A stretch of 64,000 nt of DNA from Candidatus Poseidoniaceae archaeon. GTDB taxonomy: Archaea > Thermoplasmatota > Poseidoniia > Poseidoniales > Poseidoniaceae. How positions within the stretch are numbered: position 1 is the first letter of the stretch; each line of letters opens with the position of its first letter. The stretch covers positions 5,387 through 69,386 of the forward strand of contig JBMZTB010000001.1 in assembly GCA_049623485.1 (NCBI GenBank), in the 5' to 3' direction. A program made the translations under genes and the position numbers. Of this stretch, positions 9,523 to 21,900 are shown piece by piece. The notes under the pieces are model-generated. The model worked only from the letters and a program-made list of their open reading frames with translations, made no database searches and was not told where the DNA came from.

Positions 9523-11322
9523 ATGCGAAGCGGCTTTCTCCTTGCGGTCCTTCTCTTGCCGAGCCTTCTAACCGGATGCTTTGGTGAAGATTTAGAGAAC
9601 TCCTCAAATCTTGTAGTTGGAGACTCTTATCCCGAGCCGTGGGACAGAAGTGGCCTTACATACGATGATTCCGATGTATTTTCTCGAGTAAGCGTGAACG
9701 GAACCTATCAAATTGGAACCGTTCAATCTGTTTACGTTCCTGTCCCAAGTATTACCCTTGCAGATGGTGGAGCAGGTGCAGCAGGAGGTGCTGAGGTCCA
9801 TCTTGGATTGTGGTTGCCTGTCATCGAAGGTTGTGATTACAGTTCTGTTGAGAATCTTTCAACCGAGTGTCTTGTCCCAGTAATTGCCGAAATTGGCCCG
9901 TACTATGACGACGGGGACGTGGATGCTCTCACACCAGCCGATCGTCTTGGCAGAATGCTCATCGAGAATTATGTTCCTCATGGCTATGGGGTTGCTCAAG
10001 TTTCTGTTTTTGGAACGGGTGAATCAAACCACTGTATGGATCTCATGGGTACGGATGAGCAACGTGGAATTGATGCCGCTGTTACTTGGCTTGGAACCCA
10101 ATCTTGGTCGAATGGAAAGGTTGGAATTATTGGTAAATCATACGATGGTTCAACCCCTTGGCAAGCAGCTACATTTGGAAATCCTCATCTTGCAACAATC
10201 GTTCCAATGTCTGGACTTATCGGTGTTCATGAACTCATGTGGAGAAATGGAAGCATGGAAGCACGTGGTATGATCATGCACAATGGAGTGTACGGTTCCT
10301 TCGGAATTGATGGAGATACAGAGGACAGTCATACTCTCTGTGAAGGATATATCCAAGGGTACGCAAACGGCCCTGCAGCATACCTCAGCGGTGGAATGGT
10401 AAGTTATGCCGGAAACAGTTACTGGACAGAACGCTCATTCCTTGACCGAGTGGTTCAAAATTACAATGGTTCGGTTTACATCATTCAGGGAATGCAGGAT
10501 TGGAATGTTGATCCACACATGACATTCCCTGCTCATCAAATTGTCGAAGACGCTGGAATCGAGGTCAAAACCTTAGCAGGACAATGGGCTCATGATTATC
10601 CAGACAGGGTAGAAGGACATAGCAGTCTCAGTCCTGGTCGCGGCGAAGAAGCATACCCGTATACCTTACGTTGGGATTGGGCTGATGAAATGCTGTATTG
10701 GTTTGATTGGTATTTGAGAGGAGAAGGCCGCGCACCAACACTCGGTGTCGAAATGCAAGACAACCAAGGTGGATGGCGATTCGAAGAAACATATCCTCCA
10801 ATGGATGTTAATCATCTCCAATTGATTGGAAGCGACCTAATGCCATCTGGTTCAACAGTCTCAGCCACGAGTACGGTTACCTTAAGTTACGGACCATTTG
10901 AAGAGGAAACTCGAATTGTTGGAATGCCTACATTCCACATCGATGCAACACCTGGATTGACGGGTGGACATCTTTTCATTGAGATGACCGATGGCACAGG
11001 CATGCACCTTGGTCATGCGGTAATGGATTTGAGATTCCATGCTGGTGGCAGAGATGGCCAAGAAGTCCTCACTCCATTCGTTTCAGTTAACGCGCTTATG
11101 GAATTCCTACCGATGGATGTTATATTGCAGCCAGGAGATGGAATTCTCCTGACTGTTTCTCAAACCGGTGAAGATTACGTCCCTTCACCAATGGCATCAG
11201 GAGGAGTAACAATCGACTGGACTCAGAGCACTTTGACCCTTCCAATTATTGATCGAACCTGTGATGACCTTTTCCAAGCCCCAATGATTGAATACGGTGG
11301 AGAAACGTCTCGTCAGTGTTGA
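9523..11322 (+). CDS. Secreted CocE/NonD-family (S15, X-Pro dipeptidyl-peptidase-like) hydrolase, probable lipoprotein
   Basis: Signal peptide ending LLTGCFG (lipobox-like). Nucleophile elbow GKSYDGS (GxSYxG). Length 599 aa consistent with the family. Confidence 0.6.
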   Translation: MRSGFLLAVLLLPSLLTGCFGEDLENSSNLVVGDSYPEPWDRSGLTYDDSDVFSRVSVNGTYQIGTVQSVYVPVPSITLADGGAGAAGGAEVHLGLWLPVIEGCDYSSVENLSTECLVPVIAEIGPYYDDGDVDALTPADRLGRMLIENYVPHGYGVAQVSVFGTGESNHCMDLMGTDEQRGIDAAVTWLGTQSWSNGKVGIIGKSYDGSTPWQAATFGNPHLATIVPMSGLIGVHELMWRNGSMEARGMIMHNGVYGSFGIDGDTEDSHTLCEGYIQGYANGPAAYLSGGMVSYAGNSYWTERSFLDRVVQNYNGSVYIIQGMQDWNVDPHMTFPAHQIVEDAGIEVKTLAGQWAHDYPDRVEGHSSLSPGRGEEAYPYTLRWDWADEMLYWFDWYLRGEGRAPTLGVEMQDNQGGWRFEETYPPMDVNHLQLIGSDLMPSGSTVSATSTVTLSYGPFEEETRIVGMPTFHIDATPGLTGGHLFIEMTDGTGMHLGHAVMDLRFHAGGRDGQEVLTPFVSVNALMEFLPMDVILQPGDGILLTVSQTGEDYVPSPMASGGVTIDWTQSTLTLPIIDRTCDDLFQAPMIEYGGETSRQC

Positions 11323-13314
11323 TTAGAATAATGACAAGATGTCCGTAAAGACCTCTTTGGCTGAGCCATTTGAGCGTTCAACTAATCGACGCACAATAAG
11401 TTCTGGCGTAGAGCGGGCAAGACAGTTCCTCTTTGGAGTTCGGTCAACAATGAGCTCGAGATGCTCATCCAATCCATTAGCCTCAATTCCGTCTACTCGA
11501 AGGCCCTCGCCTCCATATGCTTCAAGAATAGCCGGGGCTAAGTGGGTGACAAGAACCATTGTTGTCTTGGTTTGTTGCTGGGCAGCACGCAGCATGCCAG
11601 CGATAATCCGAGCACCAGCGCCAGGTTCTGTAATCGCTTCCAACTCATCTGCAAGGATGAGTTTAGGCGTATCATTACATACAACTTGTGCAAGTTCTAC
11701 CAAGGTTGTTTCTAACGCTCCAGCACTTTGAGTTCCTCCTGATTTTGCAAGAACATGGAGAGATTCAATCCGTCCAACAAACGCATTTTTAGCTGGAACA
11801 GGTAATCCCATATGCGCAAGGAGTGTGATGTGTGCAACTAGTTCCAGAAGTGTGGTCTTCCCACCACTATTCGCTCCAGTAAGTAACGCAATCGGTTGAC
11901 GATCTCCATTCGGGGCAACATCGCCAAGGCCATATGAGACGGGTTGAGCGATACCTTCGATGAAGAGATGCCGTCCTTCTTCAAACCAAATACCATGACT
12001 TACAAGTTTTGGTAATTCTGCTTGATGGTGCAATGCCCATCGTGAGATGCTGTACCACATGTCGTGTTCAATGAGCGTGCGTAGAGCAACTTCGCACTTT
12101 GGTTTGAGTGCAGCAAGTTTCCGAGAAGAGCGCACCAGATGTTCACTGCGTGAATCACCGATTCGTCGTTCAAGTTCAGCATCAATTTGGTCAAGAGTAG
12201 GACGCTTTATCTTAACAGGCCAAGACGATGAATACAAGTCATGAGGGCAGTTGATCCCAGTGACCTCTAGATAGTCTGCCATTTCTTTTCTTCCTTCCTG
12301 CAAGGCTTCATCGATGACGTTTTCAGTTGCTTGTGCTAGTTTTCTTTGGAATGTTGCAGCATCAGCCAATGCGGCGAGCATGTCTGAACCCGATAGATCG
12401 AGAGACGCAGTTTCCATACCTTCTGCAATACGCTTATTGAGAGTCTCTTCCAGTTCTTTGGAGGTTTTCCAAAGACCATCACGAACATGTTCCATGCTTT
12501 CGATATCACCCGCATCTCCCAGCATTGAAACTAAAGCAGAAAGTTCATCCAAACCTTCGGTTGATGTGAAAATTTGTTCTAGAACAGGATGAAGAGCACC
12601 TTTCCACTCATGCTTCCATTGAAGAATTTCAATAAGACAAGAGATGGTCTTTTTATTGTTCTTGAACCAATCAATGGTGTATTCAGGAACCATAATTTCT
12701 TTCTCTGCATTTTCAGGAAGAACCAACCACCCAGGAGGTATTTCATCAGGACCATCATTGCCAATCCATGTAACGGTCTTGAAAACAGTGTAATCATTCC
12801 ATTTTTCATTTGGACTTGGTTGCAATACCCGAACAAAGGAAGACCATTCTGGTTGCTCATTCCTTGAAACAATGACTCTCTCATATCGTTGACTAGGTTT
12901 TCTTGGATGACCTAATTGCTTGAACACGTTCTGTAATTGTTCGTAAGCTTGGAAATCAGTTTTAGCAAAATCCATCATCTCCAAACAACGTGTTCGACGC
13001 TGTTCGATCTCATGCATAGGCATCAGCATCTGCATTCTTGAGGATGTAGCGGAAGAAGAAGCAAATGATTGAAGGGATTCTATTAATTGTGAATGCAAGC
13101 GTTGGGATTCCTTGGTGGCAAGGAAAGCTCCATCATGGCCATGAACCTGTCTTGCGAGTTGTAATGCTCGCTTTACAGAGATTCCTTCAACCTCTGCAAT
13201 TCGTGAGATATCACCCGATTGTAAGGTCTGCATGACTTCATCTCGACCACCAAAATGGTCATCCAGTCGTTTCATCAGTCTATCGCCGATACCAGGTAGT
13301 GTTGCAAGCACCAT
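11323..13314 (-). CDS. MutS2-family protein with an N-terminal HhH DNA-binding region and a C-terminal MutS ABC ATPase domain
   Basis: N-terminal LPGIGDRLMKRL is HhH-like. Walker A LLTGANSGGKTTLLE. Length 663 aa. Confidence 0.7.
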   Translation of the reverse strand: MVLATLPGIGDRLMKRLDDHFGGRDEVMQTLQSGDISRIAEVEGISVKRALQLARQVHGHDGAFLATKESQRLHSQLIESLQSFASSSATSSRMQMLMPMHEIEQRRTRCLEMMDFAKTDFQAYEQLQNVFKQLGHPRKPSQRYERVIVSRNEQPEWSSFVRVLQPSPNEKWNDYTVFKTVTWIGNDGPDEIPPGWLVLPENAEKEIMVPEYTIDWFKNNKKTISCLIEILQWKHEWKGALHPVLEQIFTSTEGLDELSALVSMLGDAGDIESMEHVRDGLWKTSKELEETLNKRIAEGMETASLDLSGSDMLAALADAATFQRKLAQATENVIDEALQEGRKEMADYLEVTGINCPHDLYSSSWPVKIKRPTLDQIDAELERRIGDSRSEHLVRSSRKLAALKPKCEVALRTLIEHDMWYSISRWALHHQAELPKLVSHGIWFEEGRHLFIEGIAQPVSYGLGDVAPNGDRQPIALLTGANSGGKTTLLELVAHITLLAHMGLPVPAKNAFVGRIESLHVLAKSGGTQSAGALETTLVELAQVVCNDTPKLILADELEAITEPGAGARIIAGMLRAAQQQTKTTMVLVTHLAPAILEAYGGEGLRVDGIEANGLDEHLELIVDRTPKRNCLARSTPELIVRRLVERSNGSAKEVFTDILSLF

Positions 13315-13369
13315 GCTACAACATCGGTTGTCAAGGGCTTTTGAGGATAACGCTCAGAAGAGGCTCAAT

Positions 13370-14767
13370 TTATTGTTCTGGGAGGTTAAGTTCAACCGCA
13401 AATAACGGGTCCACATCGGTTGAATCATGGTATGCAACAACGACACCTCCATCCGGAAGAATCGCTAGACTTGCAAAGTCGAAACGAATATCATTTCCTG
13501 CTCCCGATGTTGAATCAAGATCGCCTTGGCCAATGAATGTCAACGTATCTGGAGAAAGGTCTTGGCTATAGCCACGTGTGTGGTAAACGACATCAACATC
13601 AGGTCCTTCTGCTGATTGATATCGAACATTTAGAATAAACAAATCGTGTTTTCCATTTCCTTGGAATTCCCATTCTTCTATTCCTGAGGCAACGGATGAC
13701 AGGTCATAGGTGTAGTTTGTCCACGTCATGGCTCCATCGCGTGAGAGATAATGCGTGAGTGCGTTCCCTGAATTTGCTACACAGTGGATTGAACCAGTCG
13801 TATCTAGATGGCAGTATTCACTGGGGAATTGAACTGCGAGTTCATTCCATGAAAGTGTTGTATCAAGAAAAGCAGCGTTTCCGTTATCAAAATACTGAGG
13901 GAACAACAAACCTCCACTAGGGATTGCAAATGCCCTCATTTCTTTGTGGGGTTTATTCACGTCCCAGTATGGATCAAGTGAATCGTTGGTGAAATCTAGA
14001 TTGATATCGATGGAGGGCTGAGATGAGCCACGTCCAGGAAATTGTATTGGATAATAGTTTAATCCATCAACAGAGATTTGCCCGCCAGCATTTTGGGTTT
14101 GATGCCAGAAGTTAGAGACGACAAGAGATGCCCATTCCCCATTTCCAAATGATGATGAAATTGGTCCGACGACCTCGACTTGCCAACTACGATCATAGAA
14201 TGGTTCAGTGATTCGGTTGTAACACCATCTCCATTCCATTTCAGATTGGTCATACAATATGGCATAGAATTTGTCAAGTTTCAAATCTCCTCCCAAATAT
14301 GGGAACCAAGACATAGAGATGATGTCACCATTTGTCGCTTGCACAATAGAACCTTCACCAAGCCCTTCTTGACCTGGATTTGTAGGTACAAATGTTCGGC
14401 ATTGGAGGTCAGGAGTGACACCTGGCATCCATGTGTCCCATTCATGCCCTCTATCAACAGACCATACCGGGTATTCGCCCCCTATATTGAAAATCGAGCC
14501 ATCCACAGATGTTGCGAGATAATGCTCACAGCAATTTCCTCCTTTTGTTGCATCAAAAACAGCCCATGACATATTCATGGATTGGTTGGTTCGTAAGTCA
14601 ACAGTCATGAACTCCTTCGGTGTCTCATGACCTTGTTCGTCAATTAATGTGTACTCTTCCCAGATTGAAGATTGTTCCACATCTTCGACAACAGATTCTC
14701 CTGAGCCGAAGCACCCAGCTAGAAGCATACTGCATAGAACGAACATAGCCAGAAGTTGCCTTCGCAT
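13370..14767 (-). CDS. Secreted lipoprotein-like protein with BNR/Asp-box-like segments (possible beta-propeller hydrolase)
   Basis: Probable start at MRRQLLAMFVLCSMLLAGCFG (lipobox-like). Asp-box-like SRDGAMTW. Otherwise no confident domain. Confidence 0.45.
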   Translation of the reverse strand: MRRQLLAMFVLCSMLLAGCFGSGESVVEDVEQSSIWEEYTLIDEQGHETPKEFMTVDLRTNQSMNMSWAVFDATKGGNCCEHYLATSVDGSIFNIGGEYPVWSVDRGHEWDTWMPGVTPDLQCRTFVPTNPGQEGLGEGSIVQATNGDIISMSWFPYLGGDLKLDKFYAILYDQSEMEWRWCYNRITEPFYDRSWQVEVVGPISSSFGNGEWASLVVSNFWHQTQNAGGQISVDGLNYYPIQFPGRGSSQPSIDINLDFTNDSLDPYWDVNKPHKEMRAFAIPSGGLLFPQYFDNGNAAFLDTTLSWNELAVQFPSEYCHLDTTGSIHCVANSGNALTHYLSRDGAMTWTNYTYDLSSVASGIEEWEFQGNGKHDLFILNVRYQSAEGPDVDVVYHTRGYSQDLSPDTLTFIGQGDLDSTSGAGNDIRFDFASLAILPDGGVVVAYHDSTDVDPLFAVELNLPEQ

Positions 14768-14775
14768 GATGTAGG

Positions 14776-15543
14776 CTAAGAGGCCTTCATTTTCAAATCC
14801 TCGCAAAGAGCCTTGAACTCTTTCAATCCCTGCAAGGTATGCGTTCCGAACCATGTAAGGGCTTCTCCATCGATGCAAACGTTCCAAATCTTTTGGCCAC
14901 CTTCGGAGACAACTCTTTCCGAAATCGCTTCACCTTCTTCGAGTGCAAAGTTGTGAGGTTCACTTGAGAGAAGCAACCCTTCGATGTTATGTTCGATGAG
15001 GTGATTTGTTGTCACGACGGGGTATCCATTTCCATTTGGTTCGAAATCGGGAACGATGAATCAACATAATTCCAGAATCGCACCAGAGTAGCGTGTTGGT
15101 GAAACACACATGAGTGGTTCGTGCCAGATCATCGCAGCGACCTTTGGCCCTGTGTTTGAAATCGACTGATCTAATTCCCGTTCAATCGATGCAGCGACCT
15201 CCTCACTGGTCTTTTCGCAATTGATTCTTTTCCCAAGAGAACGAATCATATCTGGAACATCTATTGGTGATTTAACTTCAGCAACAAAGCAATCAATGCC
15301 CTTACTGGTGAGCTGATTAAACACTTCAAGTGGATTTTCTTCCTTATCCATAATCACAAGATCTGGGCTGAGTGCCATTATTTTCCCAATATTCGGGGTT
15401 TTGGTTCCACCGATGACAGGTATGTCCGAAACATAATTTTCGGGATAAATACACCATGGTGTTCTTCCAACAAGGTGTTCCTTGGGCAAACCTAAATCTG
15501 CTAAGGTTTTTGTTAAACTTGGAACGAGCGATACAATACGCAT
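14776..15543 (-). pseudogene. BtuF/FecB-like (TroA-fold) periplasmic substrate-binding protein interrupted by a single in-frame TGA at 15061..15063
   Basis: Track ORFs 15061..15543 and 14776..15015 are in the same frame (528 nt apart) and are separated only by the TGA. Translation across the TGA is continuous (…AILELC*FSFPDFEPNGNGYPVV…). The N-terminal part RIVSLVPSLTKTL is typical of BtuF-like binding proteins. Combined length is about 255 aa. Confidence 0.5.
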
Positions 15544-15552
15544 TACACAGCC

Positions 15553-18500
15553 TCAATTGGATTGAACTCTGTAGGAAATATGGGCGCCATCGACATCGAA
15601 ATGCTCAGTGCCTTCAGGGGCGTTATCTCCGTGGAATGCAATGCCTGAAGCGCGAGTTTCCTTTGCTATCCATTCCTGATCATCTGCAAACAACTCTGGA
15701 GCATTGACCATCCATACGTCTACGTCGATGGTTGCTTCAATCTCAAGATTTAGATCCTTACGTTTCGATTGAATTCGTCGAGTAATGTCCCTAGCGAGTC
15801 CTTTGGAAAGAAGTTCAGGAGTATCTTGCATATCCAACACGAGGCTGACATGTTGGGCTGATTCGCCTTCCCCTAGGGTCACTGTCGCAGCGGCAAATCC
15901 GTCACGTTCTGTCCGGCGAACTTCGACATCAGATTCTTCGATTGTTACGCCCATAATCACACAAGTTCCAGCTTTAATTTCATTGAGGAGTGCTTCAGGA
16001 TTTTCATGGCCCTTTAATTCATTAGCAATTGCGTTAACATCACCTTTTGCTTTCGGGGCTAAGGCTCTAAAATTCACTGCAAGCGCAATTTGTTGGAACC
16101 TGTCTAGATCTGTTTCAAGCGATATCGTTTCGACATTCAATTCCTCAGAAAGAAGGTCATGATAAGGTTCTAGATTAGGTCCAGCAACGATGAAACCTTC
16201 AGCGCATGGAAGCCGTTGTCTTCTTTGTGCATCAATTCTGATACGTCGGCCAGTCTCCGCAAGTTCGCGAACGAGTTCCATTTCAGCCTCAAGTTGAGAA
16301 TCTTGTGGCGGGAGGCTCGTCGTTGCTTCACACAAGGATTCATCCCAAGAATCAGCAGTTGCTCCTTCAAGTGAACCAGGAATTCCAACAGGCCAATCTG
16401 CAAGATGTACAGATGTACCCGTGAGATTGCGATGAATTGTATCGACCATGAATGGACTGACAGGGGCAATGAGTTGACTAAGCGTTACAAGAACTTCATG
16501 CAATGTATGTTGACATGCCAATTTGTCGTTTGATTCTGCTTCATCCCACAGGCGTCGTCGGCTACGACGGACATACCAATTGGATAAATCGTTGACAATG
16601 AAATCCTCAAGATCACGGCATGCTTTATGGAAATTCCAACTTTTGAATCCTTCATGATACGCTCGTGCAGTGGTGTGGAGTTTTGATAGAATCCAGCGAT
16701 CAAGCCTTGAACGTTCTTCAACGGGAAGCGGTTGTGCCTCTGGGTCAAACCCATCCAAAGCAGCATAGTCTGCATGGAAGCGATAGACATTCCATAGAGT
16801 CAGGAACATCTTTGCATATGTTTCTCGGACACCATTTGAATCGAACTTCAAAGGATTCCATGGAGCACCTGCTGTGACCATGTACCACCGAGTTGCATCA
16901 GCACCTTCTCGATTGAAATGATCCCAAGGATCAACAATATTTCCTCGTGATTTGGACATTTTTTTACCTTCAGCATCAAGAATCAAACCAAGGGACAAAC
17001 ACCGTTTGTAGGCAGGTGAATCAAACACAGTTGTTGAAACCGCTAGGAGTGTGTAAAACCATCCTCGTGTTTGATCGACGCCTTCACAGATGTAATCGAC
17101 AGGGAAGGAGGAATCAAATGTATTTTCTTCATTGAATGGATGATGCCATTGAGCGAACGGTGCACAACCTGAATCAAACCAACAATCCATGACAAAAGGC
17201 TCTCTTTTCATCGGCTTGCCGTTATCAGAAACCAATGTGAATGCGTCAACGACAGGTCGGTGCAAATCAACATCATCTGGGCAATCAGGATTCTCAATTC
17301 CTGCCGCTTGGGCTTTTGCGACTTCAGTTTGAAGTTCAGCAATTGAGCCAACGCACTTCATATTTCCATCTTCATCTCTCCAAACAGGTAGGGGAGTGCC
17401 CCAATATCGTTCTCTCGAGATAGCCCAATCCTTGACGTTACGTAGCCATTCTCCAAATCGGCCTTCACCGACCCAATCAGGAGCCCACTCGACACCATCA
17501 TTGAACTCGAGAAGTCGCTCTTTGACTGCTGTCATACGAACAAACCAAGAATCCATGGCGTAGTAGAGGAGAGGGTGATCTGTTCTCCAACAGTGAGGAT
17601 AGTCGTGCAGGTAACTTTTCTCTCTGTACAAGAGGCCTGACGAAACGTGTTGGTTTTGTCCAACGAGAATTTCCATAACAGAATCATCGCAGTCTTTGAC
17701 ATATTTTCCATCGAGTTGTGGATGAATGCCAGGTACGAAATGACCGTCCATTCCAACGGTGTGATAGGCAGGAAGTCCAACTTCCATACCAAGATTGTAA
17801 TCATCTTCACCATACATCACAGCGGTGTGGACAACACCCGTTCCGTCGGTTGTGGTCACCCAGTCCGCTGAAAGTACGGTCCACGCAGTATCCGAATCTC
17901 CTCGTGGCACAGCACCAGGGAAGAGCGGTTCATAGGATCTGCCAACAAGGGCAGAGCCTGGTATTTCTTCGATAATATCGACGTGGTGTCGCAACACCTC
18001 GCCCATGAGGTCCTTGGCAAGAATCAGTTCTTCTCCAACGATTGCACCGCCTCTTCCTTGCCAGCCTTCTGGTTCTTCGCGAACTCTACAACGAGCATAG
18101 GTTACTTCTGGTCCAACAGCTAGGCCAACGTTTCCTGGAAGCGTCCATGGTGTTGTCGTCCATGCAAGGATGGATGCATCATCATCCGTAAGTTTGAATT
18201 TGATGTAAACGGATGGTTCCTCAACTTCTTTGTAGCCAAGAGCAACTTCGTGACTTGAGTAAGATGTCCCTGTTTGAGGGCAATATGGGAGTACCTTGTG
18301 GCCTCTGTACAAGAGATTTTTATCGAACATTTGTTTGAGGGCCCACCAACATGATTCGACATAATTGTTGTCCAACGTGACATATGGATTGTCTAAATCT
18401 ACCCAATATGCCATTCGTTCGGTCATTTCTCTCCAAGCCGTTTCGTAGGTCCAAACGCTTTCTCGACAAGCGTCGTTGAATGCCTGCATACCGAATTCCT

Positions 18501-18828
18501 CAATTGCTTCATTGCTCATGAGATCAAGTCGCTTCTGAACTTCAATTTCAACAGGTAAACCATGCGTATCCCAACCACCTTTGCGTTGTACGAGGAAGCC
18601 TTCCATAGTCTTCCAACGGCATACGAGGTCTTTGTAGGCTCTCGCAACGACGTGATGTATTCCTGGTTTGCCATTCGCAGTCGGCGGACCTTCCAAGAAA
18701 ATGAAAGGAGCGCCATTCTTACTCGAGCCGATTGAGGATTGGAAGGCGTTTTCACTCTTCCATGTGTTCAGTAAAGCGGTTTCAAGCGCTACTGCATCGA
18801 GGTCACCTGCTGCTGACGGTCGAACCAT
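15553..18828 (-). CDS. ileS: Isoleucyl-tRNA synthetase. The track ORF extends to 18897; the likely true start is the Met at 18828.
   Basis: KMSKS motif (KKMSKSRGN). Class I editing-domain-containing aaRS of about 1100 aa. The N-terminus after M24 fits the IleRS consensus region (…LNTWKSENAFQ…). Confidence 0.9.
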   Translation of the reverse strand: MVRPSAAGDLDAVALETALLNTWKSENAFQSSIGSSKNGAPFIFLEGPPTANGKPGIHHVVARAYKDLVCRWKTMEGFLVQRKGGWDTHGLPVEIEVQKRLDLMSNEAIEEFGMQAFNDACRESVWTYETAWREMTERMAYWVDLDNPYVTLDNNYVESCWWALKQMFDKNLLYRGHKVLPYCPQTGTSYSSHEVALGYKEVEEPSVYIKFKLTDDDASILAWTTTPWTLPGNVGLAVGPEVTYARCRVREEPEGWQGRGGAIVGEELILAKDLMGEVLRHHVDIIEEIPGSALVGRSYEPLFPGAVPRGDSDTAWTVLSADWVTTTDGTGVVHTAVMYGEDDYNLGMEVGLPAYHTVGMDGHFVPGIHPQLDGKYVKDCDDSVMEILVGQNQHVSSGLLYREKSYLHDYPHCWRTDHPLLYYAMDSWFVRMTAVKERLLEFNDGVEWAPDWVGEGRFGEWLRNVKDWAISRERYWGTPLPVWRDEDGNMKCVGSIAELQTEVAKAQAAGIENPDCPDDVDLHRPVVDAFTLVSDNGKPMKREPFVMDCWFDSGCAPFAQWHHPFNEENTFDSSFPVDYICEGVDQTRGWFYTLLAVSTTVFDSPAYKRCLSLGLILDAEGKKMSKSRGNIVDPWDHFNREGADATRWYMVTAGAPWNPLKFDSNGVRETYAKMFLTLWNVYRFHADYAALDGFDPEAQPLPVEERSRLDRWILSKLHTTARAYHEGFKSWNFHKACRDLEDFIVNDLSNWYVRRSRRRLWDEAESNDKLACQHTLHEVLVTLSQLIAPVSPFMVDTIHRNLTGTSVHLADWPVGIPGSLEGATADSWDESLCEATTSLPPQDSQLEAEMELVRELAETGRRIRIDAQRRQRLPCAEGFIVAGPNLEPYHDLLSEELNVETISLETDLDRFQQIALAVNFRALAPKAKGDVNAIANELKGHENPEALLNEIKAGTCVIMGVTIEESDVEVRRTERDGFAAATVTLGEGESAQHVSLVLDMQDTPELLSKGLARDITRRIQSKRKDLNLEIEATIDVDVWMVNAPELFADDQEWIAKETRASGIAFHGDNAPEGTEHFDVDGAHISYRVQSN

Positions 18829-18925
18829 GACCCTGCGAATCACACTGTTGATTTCAACCTCTCCCTCATTTTTGAGGAAGATTGGGGAGTGACACATTCA
18901 AGACCTTTCAAACTTAGGGAGAATC

Positions 18926-21900
18926 ATGGCCGAGTCTTTGGGAGGTCGAAGCATTGCTTTCTTCGTTCTGTTCTTGTTCGTGTTTGCACCGTTCACTTCA
19001 CTTGCTCCAACTGCATCCTTTGATGCACTCGAAGAAGGCGCAGCGCCTTCATTTGTTGGTGAGAATACACCTGTTTCGGTTGATATCCGTCCGGGTCAAT
19101 CCAGCCAAAATCCATTTGAGTTAACTCTGCCCTCTTCAACGGGTTCGATCACAAACCTTGAGATGACGATGCAATCCTCGCCGCTTCAGAATTCCCAGAC
19201 CCTCTTGTGGCAAGGTGCATCCGCATGGGACCATCCAGATGCAAATCATAGCAACACGTATTCTCAATCAGGATTGTTAACGGGGTCTGGTTCCTCGCCA
19301 GGGTATGACTTCAACAATGGGGCTCAAGGTTGGACTTTTTCGAATTCCTTAAGCAGTCGAATCACAACACCAGCGTGTGGATACAACGGTTCGAGCGGAG
19401 GGTCAATTCGCACTCATGGTGGTTCAACACATGCGACTTCACCAGTAATAGACCTTTCAAATCGTGTAAATATTCCATTCAACGCTTGGGTGCATGAAGG
19501 TCGAAGTGGTTGCGGGGAAACTCCAGATAGCGGAGAGAACCTTCAATTCAAATACAAAAATGCGAATTCTCAATGGATTACTTTCCATACCTTTCAAGCA
19601 GCAGGATTTAGCGGAACTCCTAAATCGAATTTCCAATTTTCATCTGTTCTTCCCGTAGCAGCTCTCCATGCGAATTCACAATTTAGAATCCAGCAAACAT
19701 CAGGAAGTGGCGGCGGTACTACATGCTGTGACTTTTGGTTCATAGACGATGTCAAAGTCGTTATTCCACCTATCACTTCTTGGATTAGCCCTTCGTTTGG
19801 ATACAATACATCCTCATCGTTTTCACTTGCAGAAGGCCCATATGCGCCGATGTATATCAACGCGGATTTCCCTGAAAACTCCTATCTGACTTGGACACTT
19901 ATTGACGAGGTTACAGGTGAAAATATATCTGGTTTTGAATCGATGAATGGAACTCGAATCCATCTTGATGCGGTTGATTGGGAAGAATATGGAGAACTAA
20001 GGTTGCGTCTAGAACTGCACGGTTCAAGCACCAATGCAATGCCAATTGTTGAATCGATCTCAGGTGGAGGGCTGATGACTGAAGATTTCACAACAGACCC
20101 TTCCGATCGTGGATGGAATGTTGAAAATGCATCGATTTTAGCGGGAGGATTGACTTCCTTAAACAACAGCACTATCACCTCGCCTTGGTTTTCGAACAAT
20201 GCACCAATGGCTGGTTATTTGGTCTCAGCAGTCATGAACGAATACGATGCATATGTACGTCATCACGCATCAGAAAGTTGGACTCCGATAAATCTGCCAT
20301 ACTCTGGTTCACTGAGTGCAAATGAGCATTCTTTCCAACTCCAATTTATTCACAACTCAACCACGCCAAGTTTACTTGACAAGGTGCAAGTTACGCTTCA
20401 GACGGGTGGAAAGACGAATGCTCCCTCGCTTGATATCAACAATGATGGGATCAATGAATGGGGCGGAGAAAACACTCGGATTGGGTCTTGGGGATTCCAA
20501 GATAAATTTGACACAGGTGAACATTCCACTACATCTGGGTTCGGATTTTCAGGGATTGCTTCGACTTCAGCTTGGATTCCAACTTCAGAATTGAGTGGTT
20601 TTGGCCTTGGAGTCTCATCTGATAACGGAAATATGACTGGAATCTCTCTTCGAATTGGAGGTACGACAATCGTTTCAAAGGTGATCGATGGAGTGACAGC
20701 ATACCATCTACAACTTAATTCTACTGAACTTGACTTAATGCAAACCACCTTGGCAAGCCAATCCGGAGTGCTATATCACATGGGCGAAGGTTTTGCACTC
20801 GTAGACATCGAAGCATACGGAAACGGTGTTGCAACATTTTCTAATCTTGCAGTTCCATTCAATACCTCGGTTTCGATAAGTGCTGATGAACAATCTCCTT
20901 TGGTGTTGGCTGCCAATGCAGCGACAAGAACGGTAAGCGCAAATCCAACCATAACATTCCCATTTACAGGATTATCTCAAGGGAACATCATCGTTGAAGT
21001 GACCGATTTAGGATTTAGTGAAGAAGTTGAAACTGGAACAGCGTCAATCGTTAATGCAACATGGCCAATGACGCCATCACAACGTTGGATGTCCTTTAGT
21101 ACAATATTCAACATCGATGAGGATTTTTCAGCAACCGTTGTTCGCTTCGATGTTCAAGGAGACTTGAATCATGCAACCTGGCTCCTCCCTGTAGGTGGAG
21201 GGACGCCTCTTGGCCAAGGGGACAGTCATCTGGTTGAACTACATCCAACGCAGCCAATCAGCGTCAACAGTATTTCCGCAACCATGAGTGAGATGACAGT
21301 TCAATTCAGAATTGAACAAGGTTGGGACGACGAACAACATCTCTCTGTTTCAATGCGAGTTGTTCTGGATAATGATGTCGTTTCAAGACCCAGCCAAAGT
21401 TTCTGGGGTGGAGCAGGACTTCAGGCACTTGAAAACGATCTGGTCATCAAATCTGTTCTCATCACAGATGATAACGGCCCAGTTTCATCCTCAACGGAAT
21501 ACTTAGCTGCTGGGACTGGTCTAAACTTTTCAATCGACGTTGGCTATGAAGGAGTTGAAGGTATCGATTCATTTGCTGATGGAGATGCTGAGGTTCAACT
21601 TTGGCAAGGATCCACAATGATTGCGAACACAACCTCACTTGATGGCGACATGTGGAATGTTTCAGATGCAGCACCGTTTACCTTTGGCGACCTTGACTGG
21701 ACCGTTCGAGTTATTCCATTGGAAGGAGGCGGTATAGTCAATGAATCAGAACTAATCCGTTCGTTCAAAATCGATCCAACCTCGCCATCGGTCATTTTCT
21801 CAAGTGTTGACTGGTATGACCACCGAGTAGCTTCCACAAGCCAAACAGTTCAATTCCAAATTCTCGATCCAGTTCTGTTGCCTTCCGATGTTCACGTCAT

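Noticed and set aside
15061-15063. Interpreting the in-frame TGA as selenocysteine
   Set aside because: No SECIS-like structure or Sec machinery can be assessed here. A Sec in a periplasmic binding protein would be unprecedented. A nonsense mutation or assembly error is more parsimonious. It is kept as a finding rather than a feature.
18829-18925. Apparent 28-bp divergent intergenic region between ileS (track start 18897) and the giant protein
   Set aside because: The IleRS consensus N-terminus begins at the internal Met (18828), giving a normal intergenic region of about 98 bp. The 5' extension is probably not translated.
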